Positions 48,090 through 64,000 of a DNA stretch of 64,000 nucleotides are shown here, piece after piece. The stretch spans positions 52,576,001 through 52,640,000 of the forward strand of contig OZ024751.1 in NCBI GenBank assembly GCA_964016885.1. Reading direction: 5' to 3'. The notes under the pieces were generated by a model. That model was not told where the DNA came from. It saw nothing but the letters and a program-made list of their open reading frames with translations, and did not search any database. The translations under genes were made by a program, and so were the position numbers. Position 1 is the first letter of the stretch. Each line of letters begins with the position of its first letter. The DNA comes from Eledone cirrhosa. Lineage: Eukaryota.

Positions 48090-48949
48090 TCTGGGTCCCT
48101 TAACTGCGGTGGTCTCGAGTGCTGGTCTGGATGACCCTGGCTCTGGAGACGATGCAGCCAGGTCAGCTGTCCCACAATCTTCTCTGCCATCACTAAAAAA
48201 TGTTTCTGATCTGCTGCTGCCATCTGTATCTCGTCGGCATGTGCGTGCCTTCTCCTTGTTGGTGCAGCACGCGCGACATCAGCATACTTCTGGAGCGGCT
48301 TATTTCGGCTTTGGCTGGGGCATGTTGCGCGAGTATGATGGGCATAGTTCGTTTGAGACCTAGGGTGGGCGAATCTGCATCCCATCCCTGTCTCTCCATG
48401 CCAGCATGTCCCGTTCTTGAAAAACTTGCACATTACTTGGGGTTTTTTGCTCCCAGTGTCTCGGTGCTTTCTGTTCTTTCTTTGAACAGTTGTCCACTGG
48501 TCCCTCTGCGCTTGGTTCTCCTTCGGAAGGTGATTTCGCTTTTCACCTTTGCCCTTAGCTTGTTGGTTGCCCGGCCTGCCCTCCCTGCCTGTGGCGGAGG
48601 GTATATCATTTTCTTTCAGGTCCGTGCTTGTGCTCTCCTCCTTTTCTCTTTCCCCTTCCTCTTCCCTCTCCTTCTCCTCATCCCTCCCCTCGGTTTTCTC
48701 CTCCCCGAGGACACGGCTTAGCATCGCCATATGTGGCGCTATGAGGACATACGCCTTCTCAATTTCTTTTCTCTTTCTCTCTATCTGTGCCAGCGTCCTC
48801 AGAAACCCATGGCTCTTCAGGGTCTCCGCCATCTTTTTGCTTGGTGGAGACCCATCAGCCATGGTCCACCCCTTGATCAAAACCGCTAGTTCCATCTTTG
48901 ACCAGTTTCGTTGACTCCTGATTTCACCTTTCTCCTGCATGCAGTCCAT
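48008..48949 (-). CDS. LINE ORF1 protein with Myb/trihelix-like N-terminus and CCCH zinc finger
   Basis: NWSKMELAVLIKGW..KMAETLKSHGFLRTLAQIERKRKEI; acidic linker; CKFFKNGTCWHGETGMGCRFAHP; upstream of and overlapping ORF2. Confidence 0.72.
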   Translation of the reverse strand: MDCMQEKGEIRSQRNWSKMELAVLIKGWTMADGSPPSKKMAETLKSHGFLRTLAQIERKRKEIEKAYVLIAPHMAMLSRVLGEEKTEGRDEEKEREEEGEREKEESTSTDLKENDIPSATGREGRPGNQQAKGKGEKRNHLPKENQAQRDQWTTVQRKNRKHRDTGSKKPQVMCKFFKNGTCWHGETGMGCRFAHPRSQTNYAHHTRATCPSQSRNKPLQKYADVARAAPTRRRHAHADEIQMAAADQKHFLVMAEKIVGQLTWLHRLQSQGHPDQHSRPPQLRDPEWPPLTPDQVSYRQPLLAPQKSHQCCC

Positions 48950-49150
48950 TTCGCTGTGGAGGGGAGAAAGAGAGACAGTGGGAAGTGTAGGGTAGGGGTT
49001 AGAGAGGGACAGAGGGAGGGAGGGAGTTAGAGATATAACTCCAGCGAGAAAAAGAAAGAGAAACAGAAGAAAAGAAAAGAAAAGGGGGAGACAGAAGAGG
49101 GGAGCGAGAGAGATAGCGGGAAGAGTGGGGGGAAGGTCAGAGGGAGAGAG

Positions 49151-49209
<59 letters not shown>

Positions 49210-49251
49210 CGTTGATCTAGAGAGAGGGAGAGAGAGAGCTCGTTGATCTAC

Positions 49252-49282
<31 letters not shown>

Positions 49283-49749
49283 GGAGAGAGATAGAGACAG
49301 CGTGAGCAATAGCAGTTCAGAAATATAAAAATAAATTTTTAAATTTAAATTAATGAATGGAAGAAACCGGAAACATAGAGATATAGAAACACGATATAAG
49401 TTGTATATAAGCTGAATGTAAATGTTTGTTTACAAATATACGAAGTTATTGTAATATCAGCATATCATACAAGAAACAACGAAATCGGGTCAAATACAGA
49501 TAAGATTATACCAAATCAAACAAGATTATATCAAATTAAATTATGTTACTCAGAAAAATCAAAATAATACAAGATCTGTTTAAGTTTAACCAAAATGCTC
49601 TGTATGGTAGTCAAGAAAAATAGAAAGCACGTGTGTGTGTTGTCTCCTATGAAGGAATCATACAGTGAAAATAAACATGTTCAAAACGGTAATATATGTA
49701 AAATATACTTCAAAATAATTGCGTCAAAGCACAAAAACTTATCTTTTTT

Positions 49750-51090
<1,341 letters not shown>

Positions 51091-51585
51091 TAAGTATGTA
51101 TGTATACGTACATACATATATGTATACAGACGTACAATAGCATGCATATATATATATATATATATACAGGTACACATGCATATATGCACGCATCAGTTTA
51201 GCGGACGCTTATTATAACGCCGCTTTAAACAAACTGAACAGCCTGAATTTATGCCATACGGTGTTAAGGCAACCACGTCACCTTTTTGTTCAACACTGAC
51301 ACAGGAACGATGTACTAGTTTCAAGCTTGTTAGCTATCATCAGCACCGTATACCCATCTGCCAGATAGTTGAACGTTCGAAAGTATATACTTTCCTTATG
51401 AAAATTAACGGCTGAACAGCCTAATTTGCATATTGAGTGTGTTAAATCGGTCAGGCATACCGAAAACGATAAGTTGAAATAAAATGAAAACGAAATTTCA
51501 TTTCTCACTCTTAGTATGGCACTTACTTAAATGTAAGTATGTATGTATACGTACATACATATATGTATACAGACGTACAGTAGCA

Positions 51586-51659
<74 letters not shown>

Positions 51660-52333
51660 CATACAGGTACACATACATATATGCACGCATCAGTTTAGCG
51701 GACGCTTATTATAACGCCGCTTTGTTCGTTTGTAAACAAACCGAACAGCCTGAATTTATGCCATACGGTGTTAAGGCAACCACGTCACCTTTTTGTTCAA
51801 CACTGACACAGGAACGATGTACTAGTTTCAAGCTTGTTAGCTATCATCAGCACCGTATACCCATCTGCCAGATAGTTGAACGTTCGAAAGTATATACTTT
51901 CCTTATGAAAATTAACGGCGGAGCAGCCTAATTTGCATATCGAGTGAGTTAAATCGGTCAGGCGCACCGAAAATGATGATTTGTAATAAAATGAAAACGA
52001 AATTTCATTTCTCACTCTTAGTACGGCACTTACTTAAATGTAAGTATGTATGTATACGTACATACATATATGTATACAGTATATAAGTATATACTTTCGA
52101 AAGTTCAACTATCTGGCAGATGGGTATACGGTGCTGATGATAGCTAACAAGCTTGAAACTAGTACGTCGTTCCTGTGTCAGTGTTGAACAAAAAGGTGAC
52201 GTGGTTGCCTTAACACCGTGCGGCATAAATTCAGGCTGTTCAGTTTGTTTACAAACGAACAAAGCGGGCGCGATAATAAGCGTCCGCTAAACTGATGCGT
52301 GCATATATGTATGTGTACCTGTATGTATATATG

Positions 52334-52366
<33 letters not shown>

Positions 52367-52480
52367 GTGCATGCTACTGTACGTCTGTATACATATATGT
52401 ATGTACGTATACATACATACTTACATTTAAGTAAGTGCCGTACTAAGAGTGAGAAATGAAATTTCGTTTTCATTTTATTA
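51091..52480. repeat. ORF-less tandem + inverted repeat (~507-bp unit), one hammerhead per unit (retrozyme-like)
   Basis: HHR ACGGTG-CTGATGA-TAGCTAACAAGCTT-GAAA-CTAG-TA-C(A/G)TCGT at 51307-51349 (-), 51814-51856 (-) and 52128-52170 (+). Confidence 0.85.
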
Positions 52481-52484
52481 CAAC

Positions 52485-54214
<1,730 letters not shown>

Positions 54215-56204
54215 TAAACAATTAAGTTAAAAATGTACATCTACATATGCATACTGAAATACTAGTATGCATATGAATACACACACGTATACATATGTAG
54301 ATGTACCAAGTCTTTCACTGGTTACTTTACTGTGAGTATCCAGCTATTCTGTATGTAAACACACAGACAAACCGGTTTTTAGAGTCATACTGGTTTTTGA
54401 GGAAACACCTTTCCTCTATTCTCCAGAAAGCCAGACAAGGAATATTGAACTAGTTTCGTTGTTGTTACAACTCATCAGCAATATTTACCTATCTACCGGC
54501 CTTTCTGGAGAATCGTAAAAGCACATATCGTTATATGCTTTTTCTATGAAAATTAGTAGTGGGCAGACTAATTTGCATAGAGTGTGAGTACGTACCGGTT
54601 CAACGGAGACGATAAAAACAAATAACGAAACGAAATTAAATTTCGTTTCGTTTGTAACTCACTTTTGTATGACTGACGCTTAAACAATTAAGTTAAAAAT
54701 GTACATCTACATATGCATACTGAAATACTAGTATGCATATGAATACACACACGTATACATATGTAGATGTACCAAGTCTTTCACTGGTTACTTTACTGTG
54801 AGTATCCAGCTATTCTGTATGTAAACACACAGACAAACCGGTTTTTAGAGTCATACTGGTTTTTGAGGAAACACCTTTCCTCTATTCTCCAGAAAGCCAG
54901 ACAAGGAATATTGAACTAGTTTCGTTGTTGTTACAACTCATCAGCGATATTTACCTATCTACCGGCCTTTCTGGAGAATCGTAAAAGCACATATCGTTAT
55001 ATGCTTTTTCTATGAAAATTAGTAGTGGGCAGACTAATTTGCATAGAGTGTGAGTACGTACCGGTTCAACGGAGACGATAAAAACAAATAACGAAACGAA
55101 ATTAAATTTCGTTTCGTTTGTAACTCACTTTTGTATGACTGACGCTTAAGCAATTAAGTTAAAAATGTACATCTACATATGCATACTGAAATACTAGTAT
55201 GCATATGAATTGTTTAAGCGTCAGTCATACAAAAGTGAGTTACAAACGAAACGAAATTTAATTTCGTTTCGTTATTTGTTTTTATCGTCTCCGTTGAACC
55301 GGTACGTACTCACACTCTATGCAAATTAGTCTGCCCACTACTAATTTTCATAGAAAAAGCATATAACGATATGTGCTTTTACGATTCTCCAGAAAGGCCG
55401 GTAGATAGGTAAATATTGCTGATGAGTTGTAACAACAACGAAACTAGTTCAATATTCCTTGTCTGGCTTTCTGGAGAATAGAGGAAAGGTGTTTCCTCAA
55501 AAACCAGTATGACTCTAAAAACCGGTTTGTCTGTGTGTTTACATACAGAATAGCTGGATACTCACAGTAAAGTAACCAGTGAAAGACTTGGTACATCTAC
55601 ATATGTATACGTGTGTGTATTCATATGCATACTAGTATTTCAGTATGCATATGTAGATGTACATTTTTAACTAAATTGCTTAAGCGTCAGTCATACAAAA
55701 GTGAGTTACAAACGAAACGAAATTTAATTTCGTTTCGTTATTTGTTTTTATCGTCTCCGTTGAACCGGTACGTACTCACACTCTATGCAAATTAGTCTGC
55801 CCACTACTAATTTTCATAGAAAAAGCATATAACGATATGTGATTTTACGATTCTCCAGAAAGGCCGGTAGATAGGTAAATATTGCTGATGAGTTGTAACA
55901 ACAACGAAACTAGTTCAATATTCCTTGTCAGGCTTTCTGGAGAATAGAGGAAAGGTGTTTCCTCAAAAACCAGTATGACTCTAAAAACCGGTTTGTCTGT
56001 GTGTTTACATACAGAATAGCTGGATACTCACAGTAAAGTAACCAGTGAAAGACTTGGTACATCTACATGTGTGTATTCATATGCATACTAGTATTTCAGT
56101 ATGCATATGTAGATGTACATTTTTAACTTAATTGTTTAAGCGTCAGTCATACAAAAGTGAGTTACAAACGAAACGAAATTTAATTTCGTTTCGTTATTTG
56201 TTTT
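54215..56204. repeat. ORF-less array of 466-bp units (2 tandem + 2 inverted tandem), one hammerhead per unit (retrozyme-like)
   Basis: Unit starts at 54215, 54681 and 55147. HHR AATATTG-CTGATGA-GTTGTAACAACAAC-GAAA-CTAG-TT-CAATATT at 54441-54485 (-), 54907-54951 (-), 55412-55456 (+) and 55878-55922 (+). Confidence 0.9.
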
Positions 56205-56214
56205 TATATATATG

Positions 56215-56245
<31 letters not shown>

Positions 56246-56274
56246 GTACATATATATATGTATATATATATGTA

Positions 56275-56341
<67 letters not shown>

Positions 56342-56543
56342 GTATATATATATATGTATATATATATATATGTATATATATATATGTATTGTTATACTTT
56401 GGGAGGGTAATGTTGCCAATAAGAAAGACATGCACCAGTTGTTTCACTTCAATTTATTATAATAAATTTATAAATTTAGGAATTTATAAATTAAATTTCT
56501 GGTTGGTTGGTTGGTTCCACAACCAGATAGTTGTTTATATATT

Positions 56544-56586
56544 GTCAAAGTTCTTTCGTCACACATTCTGTGACCTCTTCAGTGAC
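56544..56586 (-). ncRNA. Minimal type-I hammerhead ribozyme
   Basis: GTCA-CTGAAGA-GGTCACAGAATGTGTGAC-GAAA-GAAC-TT-TGAC. Confidence 0.8.
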
Positions 56587-56787
56587 TGGGGATTCTTTTC
56601 TTTGTTTTTGTGCATCTCCTTTGTTCTGTTCTACGGCATTTTGTTTCTGTGTGTGTGTTGTGTGCTCAGTCTGCGCATGCGCCACATCCAGGTGTCTGTG
56701 TGTGTTTATATTCCTTTATTTATTTGTTTATTTACATGTTACCGGTTGGTTGTTTGTTCTATGTGCGTGTGTGTTTTCATTTTGTCC

Positions 56788-59066
56788 TTAATTGTAAGTT
56801 GTGATGTTGCTGTTCCACTCATATTTTCTATTTAATTTTGGTTGTAATTCTTTTATGTTTATTGCCTCTGTGATTTGTCTAAACATTGCGTCTTTTCTGT
56901 GTTTAGATTCTATTTTTATTTCTATGTTCTCTAATTTACCCTTATGTTCTATTTTAGCATGTTGATAGAGTACATATGATTCTTTACTATATTGAAGGTC
57001 TCGCCAGTGTTCATTTATCCGTTCCCCTACACTACGAGCTGTCTCGCCTATGTACACTATATTTTTGTCTCTACATTGTCCTTCAGTACATCTTATGCCA
57101 TACACTACATTTCTAGTTTTACAGTTAATATGGGGGCTTATTTTACAGGTTATACATTTCTTATCTATACAGGGGGGTCTTTGAAAAGGGTATGTCTTGC
57201 TAATAAGTGTTTTTATGGAGGTACCTGGTTTTTCTACTATCTTAATATTGAGTTTATATTTATCTAGGGGCCTTCTAAATTTGTAAGCTAATTCACCTCT
57301 AGGAGTTGTATCGATGAACATAACACTCTGGTATTTATTGCTATCATACCATGAGTTTGTTCTATTAGCCTTATTCCTAGTTCTTTCTATTCTATTCCAA
57401 AATTTGCTCCTATACAAGGGGCAGGTCCCATTTGTGTCATTATTTACCATTTTTTCCCATTTGGTTCTGGCTCCTCTATACACTCTGATTTTATCTCTCT
57501 GATTGTAGCCAGAGAACTGCATACGGTGGATGAAGTGTTGTATGTGTCTCTCTAGTTCTTCGGGGTTGCACATGCGGGACACGTTTCTCATCACCCGTAC
57601 CAAATCCGCAATCAGTATGTTGATTTTGGTATGGTCCGAAACAGCCGAGTTTCGGTGGATCAGATGTTTGGAAGTCATGGGTTTGGCATAATGGGAATGG
57701 AGGATTTGTTTTTTGTTATTAATGGTATCTAACCAGAGCTCTGTGTCTAGTACAGGTAATCGATGGTTGGGGTGTTTACTTGGGTAGTCTATAGTAACTC
57801 TAATACTCTGGTGGATGGAGTTAGCTATTTGCTGCATGCTTTCCATTGTGTTTTTCTCTAGTTCCTGACTGTTCTCTAGTGGGGGTGTGTTAACTACGAT
57901 GTTTATATCATCAACGTAGCGGGAGTACATTATCAGGGTTAAGGGGTCTTCTAATTGTTCTTTAAGTTTAAGTTTAAGTCTACTGTCCCACCATACCATG
58001 AATAAGTTAGCTATGTCGCCTGCAATGCTAACACCAATGGCTGCTCCTTCCTCTTGGGCATATGTTTTTCCATTAAATTTGAACATATGTTCCTTAAGGG
58101 TTAGTTTTATGCTGGCCCCTACCGCATGTGCAATCATTTTCTTCAGTTCATCGTGGTTTTCGGGTGTCCGTATGGCTCTGGTCCACCCGTTGCATCTATC
58201 TGTGTGGGTTTTCTTGGCCATTGAGGTAATGGTAGGTGGTCTGCCTCTTGCTGGTCTTGTAGGGCACAGGTTGCTAAGGTCATATGTGTCTAGGTAATTA
58301 TTACTATAGGTAAGTTTAAGTAGGAGTCCCAGCTCACTGGTATCAATCCCACGGAACTCAACATTGCTCTCACTGATCATTTCTATGTATTTCTCCACAG
58401 CAAAATCCACGTCAATAGATGGATACAGGGACACAACATCCATACTACCTATTATGCAGTTTGTTAGATCCCTAGATCGGTTACCCTCGCCGATTCTGCC
58501 GAGGAGGTCCTCCGTGCTGTCACATACATCTGGGGACATTTCAATGATGGGGCGTATGATGAGGGAGAGGAAGTAGGACAGTCTGTAGTTACTAGCAATG
58601 TTAGCTCCACAGACTGGCCGTGTTGGTGGTCCCGTGACAGGGTAACTGCCCGTTTTATGGTCTTTTCGAAGCCCATACAACGCCGGCACGTCATTGTTCC
58701 AGGCCTGGAAGTTGTTGGCAGTCCTTTTGTTGGGCTGCATTATATTCGTCCACATCACCATATGGGCATTGAGGGTTTTTTCTCTATCCTCATGCTCCTG
58801 TGGTGTTACCTCTCTTGTGTTAGTGATGTAGGGTTGCATTGCCTGGATGTAGTTTGGCAGGCTGTCAACCGACATTCTGCCAGACTTGTCTGTTGGAAAG
58901 CATGCTATCTCTCCATTACGCGAGCGCTGCATGAGCTTACGCAAGCCATTTGCAGATTTTTCTCCCAGTTGCTGGGCCTCCATTCTATTATGCTTCTTGC
59001 TATACTGTTCTATAATATTTCTAAGTTCGGATCTAGCTATACTAAATTGTGCTTCTCTTTGTTCAT
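56788..59066 (-). CDS. PLE polyprotein (RT + GIY-YIG), uninterrupted but probably lacking its native N-terminus
   Basis: PTDKSG, LYGLRKDHK, RPVCG, SMDVVSLYPSI, GAAIG, RYVDD, LPVLD, CIDKKCITC, VVYGIRC..YIGET.R..ERINEH, EAINI..LN. Confidence 0.9.
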
Positions 59067-59319
59067 CGACCTGCGACGGCAATTGCGTGCGTTTGTTAAA
59101 TGGAAAGAGACAGGAGTAATTATGAGACACATAGAAACAACCATGAGGCTGTTGGTGAATATAGAAATAGAAACAACACAACTAACAATAACAATAGCAC
59201 ACATAAAGCAGCAGCCTGGAACTCTACTTTTTATAATCCCATAAGTCGTTCGACCTGCGACAAATCCACGCCACGACTTTACCATTTAACAAACGCACGC
59301 AATTGCCGTCGCTTTAATT

Positions 59320-59357
59320 GCCCTGATGAGTCCTTAATAGGACGAAACATTGTTGGC
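59320..59357 (+). ncRNA. Minimal type-I hammerhead ribozyme in the terminal repeat of a further PLE family
   Basis: GCC-CTGATGA-GTCCTTAATAGGAC-GAAA-CATTG-TT-GGC followed by TAATAAA. Confidence 0.85.
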
Positions 59358-59539
59358 TAATAAAGACTTTTGATGTATTGAAGGCTTCTTTGGTTTATTT
59401 TTTTAATAATTCTTCGGCTCTGTTTAATTACATTGAGCTATACCTTTACTGTCATTTCTATAATATGAAGAGGGTGTTTAACTACAACACACTCTAGTAT
59501 TTTAATTCTTATATATATATGTATATATATATATATATA

Positions 59540-59638
<99 letters not shown>

Positions 59639-59982
59639 GTATATATATATGTATATATATATGTATATATATAATCTCTGATGATATGGGATCGATTGTG
59701 CATTGGATATCGAATGCTCTACTAAATATATAATATTATAGATGTAGCGAGATCTAGGCAAATAGATGTCTATTGAAACGTACGTAAGAACCGAATAAAT
59801 CTCTTTTACTGCATCTTTCTGTTCTTTTTAATTCTTTATACACGCCCCGGAATATAGCTAAACTGGAATATACACCTTTTTTCTGCATTTCGTTGAGCAC
59901 CACTCTGTTGTAAGCTGACATTCCACTACACGGTACATAACACTGTGTCCTGGAAAACATTAATGCACTCGTGCATAACCAA

Positions 59983-62678
<2,696 letters not shown>

Positions 62679-62679
62679 G

Positions 62680-63177
62680 TCAGACCTTGACTACTGGGGT
62701 CGATTGGAAAACCTGAAACTTTACTCACTCCAACGTCGCCGTGAGCGTTATATTATCTGCATGATGTGGAAAATGTTCCATCATCACTGCCCAAATGATG
62801 TTGGCATCGCCTTCAAGATACACTCAAGGCTTGGGCCCCGTGCTATCCGTCCCATTCAAAAATCTAAATCGCAACTCATAACAACAATACGGCACAATTA
62901 TTTCACCTCAATCGGCCCTGCTCTCTTCAACATCACACCAGGACACGTCAAAACAGAAACTGACCACACAAAATTCAAGAAGTCTTTGGACAAATTCCTC
63001 CAAGTAATCCCGGACAAACCACCCACACCCGGATATGTCTCCGCAAACAGTAATTCTCTTCTCGAATGGGCCATGGTGCCCAAATCCTGAATTGAAAGAC
63101 TTCGCCAGGTGGTGCTATTAAGTTAGACATGGCCTGGGCCAATACTGGCCAAAACATTTCAAAGTTATTCAAAGTTA
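62680..63177 (+). mobile_element. 5'-truncated CR1-group LINE 3' end (different family from 45-49 kb)
   Basis: Peptide [46 protein letters not shown], then a TGGCC..GGCCA hairpin and a TTCAAAGTTA repeat tail. Confidence 0.85.
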
Positions 63178-63495
63178 TATATATGTATATGTATATATAT
63201 ATATATGTATATGTATATGTATATATATATGTATATATGTATATTTATATGTATTTATATGTATATATATGTATATATATATGTATATATATATATGTAT
63301 ATATATATGTATATATATATATGTATATATATATGTATATATATATATGTATATATATGTATGTATATATATATGTATATATATATATATGTATATGTAT
63401 ATATATATGTATATATATATATATATATGTATATGTATATATATGTATATATATATATGTATATATATGTATATATATATATGTATATATATGTA

Positions 63496-63560
<65 letters not shown>

Positions 63561-63616
63561 ATATATGTATATATATGTATATAAATATGTATATATATAT
63601 ATGTATATATATGTAT

Positions 63617-63648
<32 letters not shown>

Positions 63649-63649
63649 G

Positions 63650-63680
<31 letters not shown>

Positions 63681-63689
63681 ATATAAGTA

Positions 63690-63743
63690 TATTTATTAAA
63701 ATAACAGATTAAAGTTTAAGCAAAGAATCGCTGCTTTCACCCC
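63690..63743 (-). mobile_element. Solo 3'-terminal fragment of the 29.8-31.9 kb PLE family
   Basis: Reverse complement of GGGTGAAAGCAGCGATTCTTTGCTTAAACTT.AATCTGTTATTTTAATAAAT (31816-31866). Confidence 0.85.
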
Positions 63744-63802
63744 CACTTTGGATTTTACTCTTCAATTTTATTATTATTACTATATATAAATATTTATATA
63801 TG

Positions 63803-63833
<31 letters not shown>

Positions 63834-64000
63834 GTATATATATGTATATATATATGTATATATATATATATGTATATATATATGTATATATATATATGTA
63901 TATATATATGTATATATATGTATATATATATATGTATATATATATATGTATATATATATGTATATATATATGTATATATATATATGTATATATATATGTA

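Larger units (their letters stand above)
44975..49150 (-). mobile_element. CR1-group LINE, near full length, decayed
   Basis: ORF1 48008-48949, ORF2 from 48089 with frameshifts at the 3' end, 3' tail GGCGGTGCCCCAGCATGGCC..GAAACAGGTAAAAGAGTAGAAGAGTA, pyrimidine-rich 5' UTR. Confidence 0.9.
56388..59066 (-). mobile_element. 5'-truncated Penelope-like element (type 2, Neptune-like)
   Basis: RT/GIY-YIG ORF followed by a ~400-bp terminal repeat homologous to 33138-33630, ending in (TA)n. Confidence 0.92.

Noticed and set aside
45802-48914. Plus-strand ORFs overlapping the CR1-group LINE (and minus-strand ORFs over the L1 element)
   Set aside because: Antisense shadows of real retroelement ORFs with no independent motifs.
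54545-54580. ATGA-starting hairpin as a SECIS element
   Set aside because: No GA/GA quartet partner, no apical AA, and no associated ORF.
59067-59181. N-terminal ~38 aa of the 797-aa ORF
   Set aside because: Non-ATG start reading through an adjacent, different repeat; not PLE-like.

Overview
Eukaryotic, repeat-dominated, AT-rich window with no supportable host protein-coding gene. SINE types and microsatellite load suggest a mollusc, probably an octopus (inference). It holds a decayed L1/Tx1 LINE (1-5.4 kb), many tRNA-derived SINEs, four Penelope-like element (PLE; RT + C-terminal GIY-YIG) copies of two types, a near-complete CR1-group LINE with an unusual Myb/trihelix + CCCH ORF1, a non-autonomous Helitron nested in a PLE terminal repeat, and over 20 kb of degenerate (TA)n arrays. 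One PLE ORF appears intact (41219-43660, minus). The main hidden signal is RNA-level: by eye I count 18 type-I hammerhead ribozyme (HHR) motifs from about 7 sequence families. They include two ORF-less, retrozyme-like arrays (466-bp and ~507-bp units, one HHR per unit, tandem plus inverted) that share a conserved octamer-containing hairpin, and one HHR with a ~115-nt stem II. The many Y/I/H/M-rich ORFs in the track are microsatellite artefacts.
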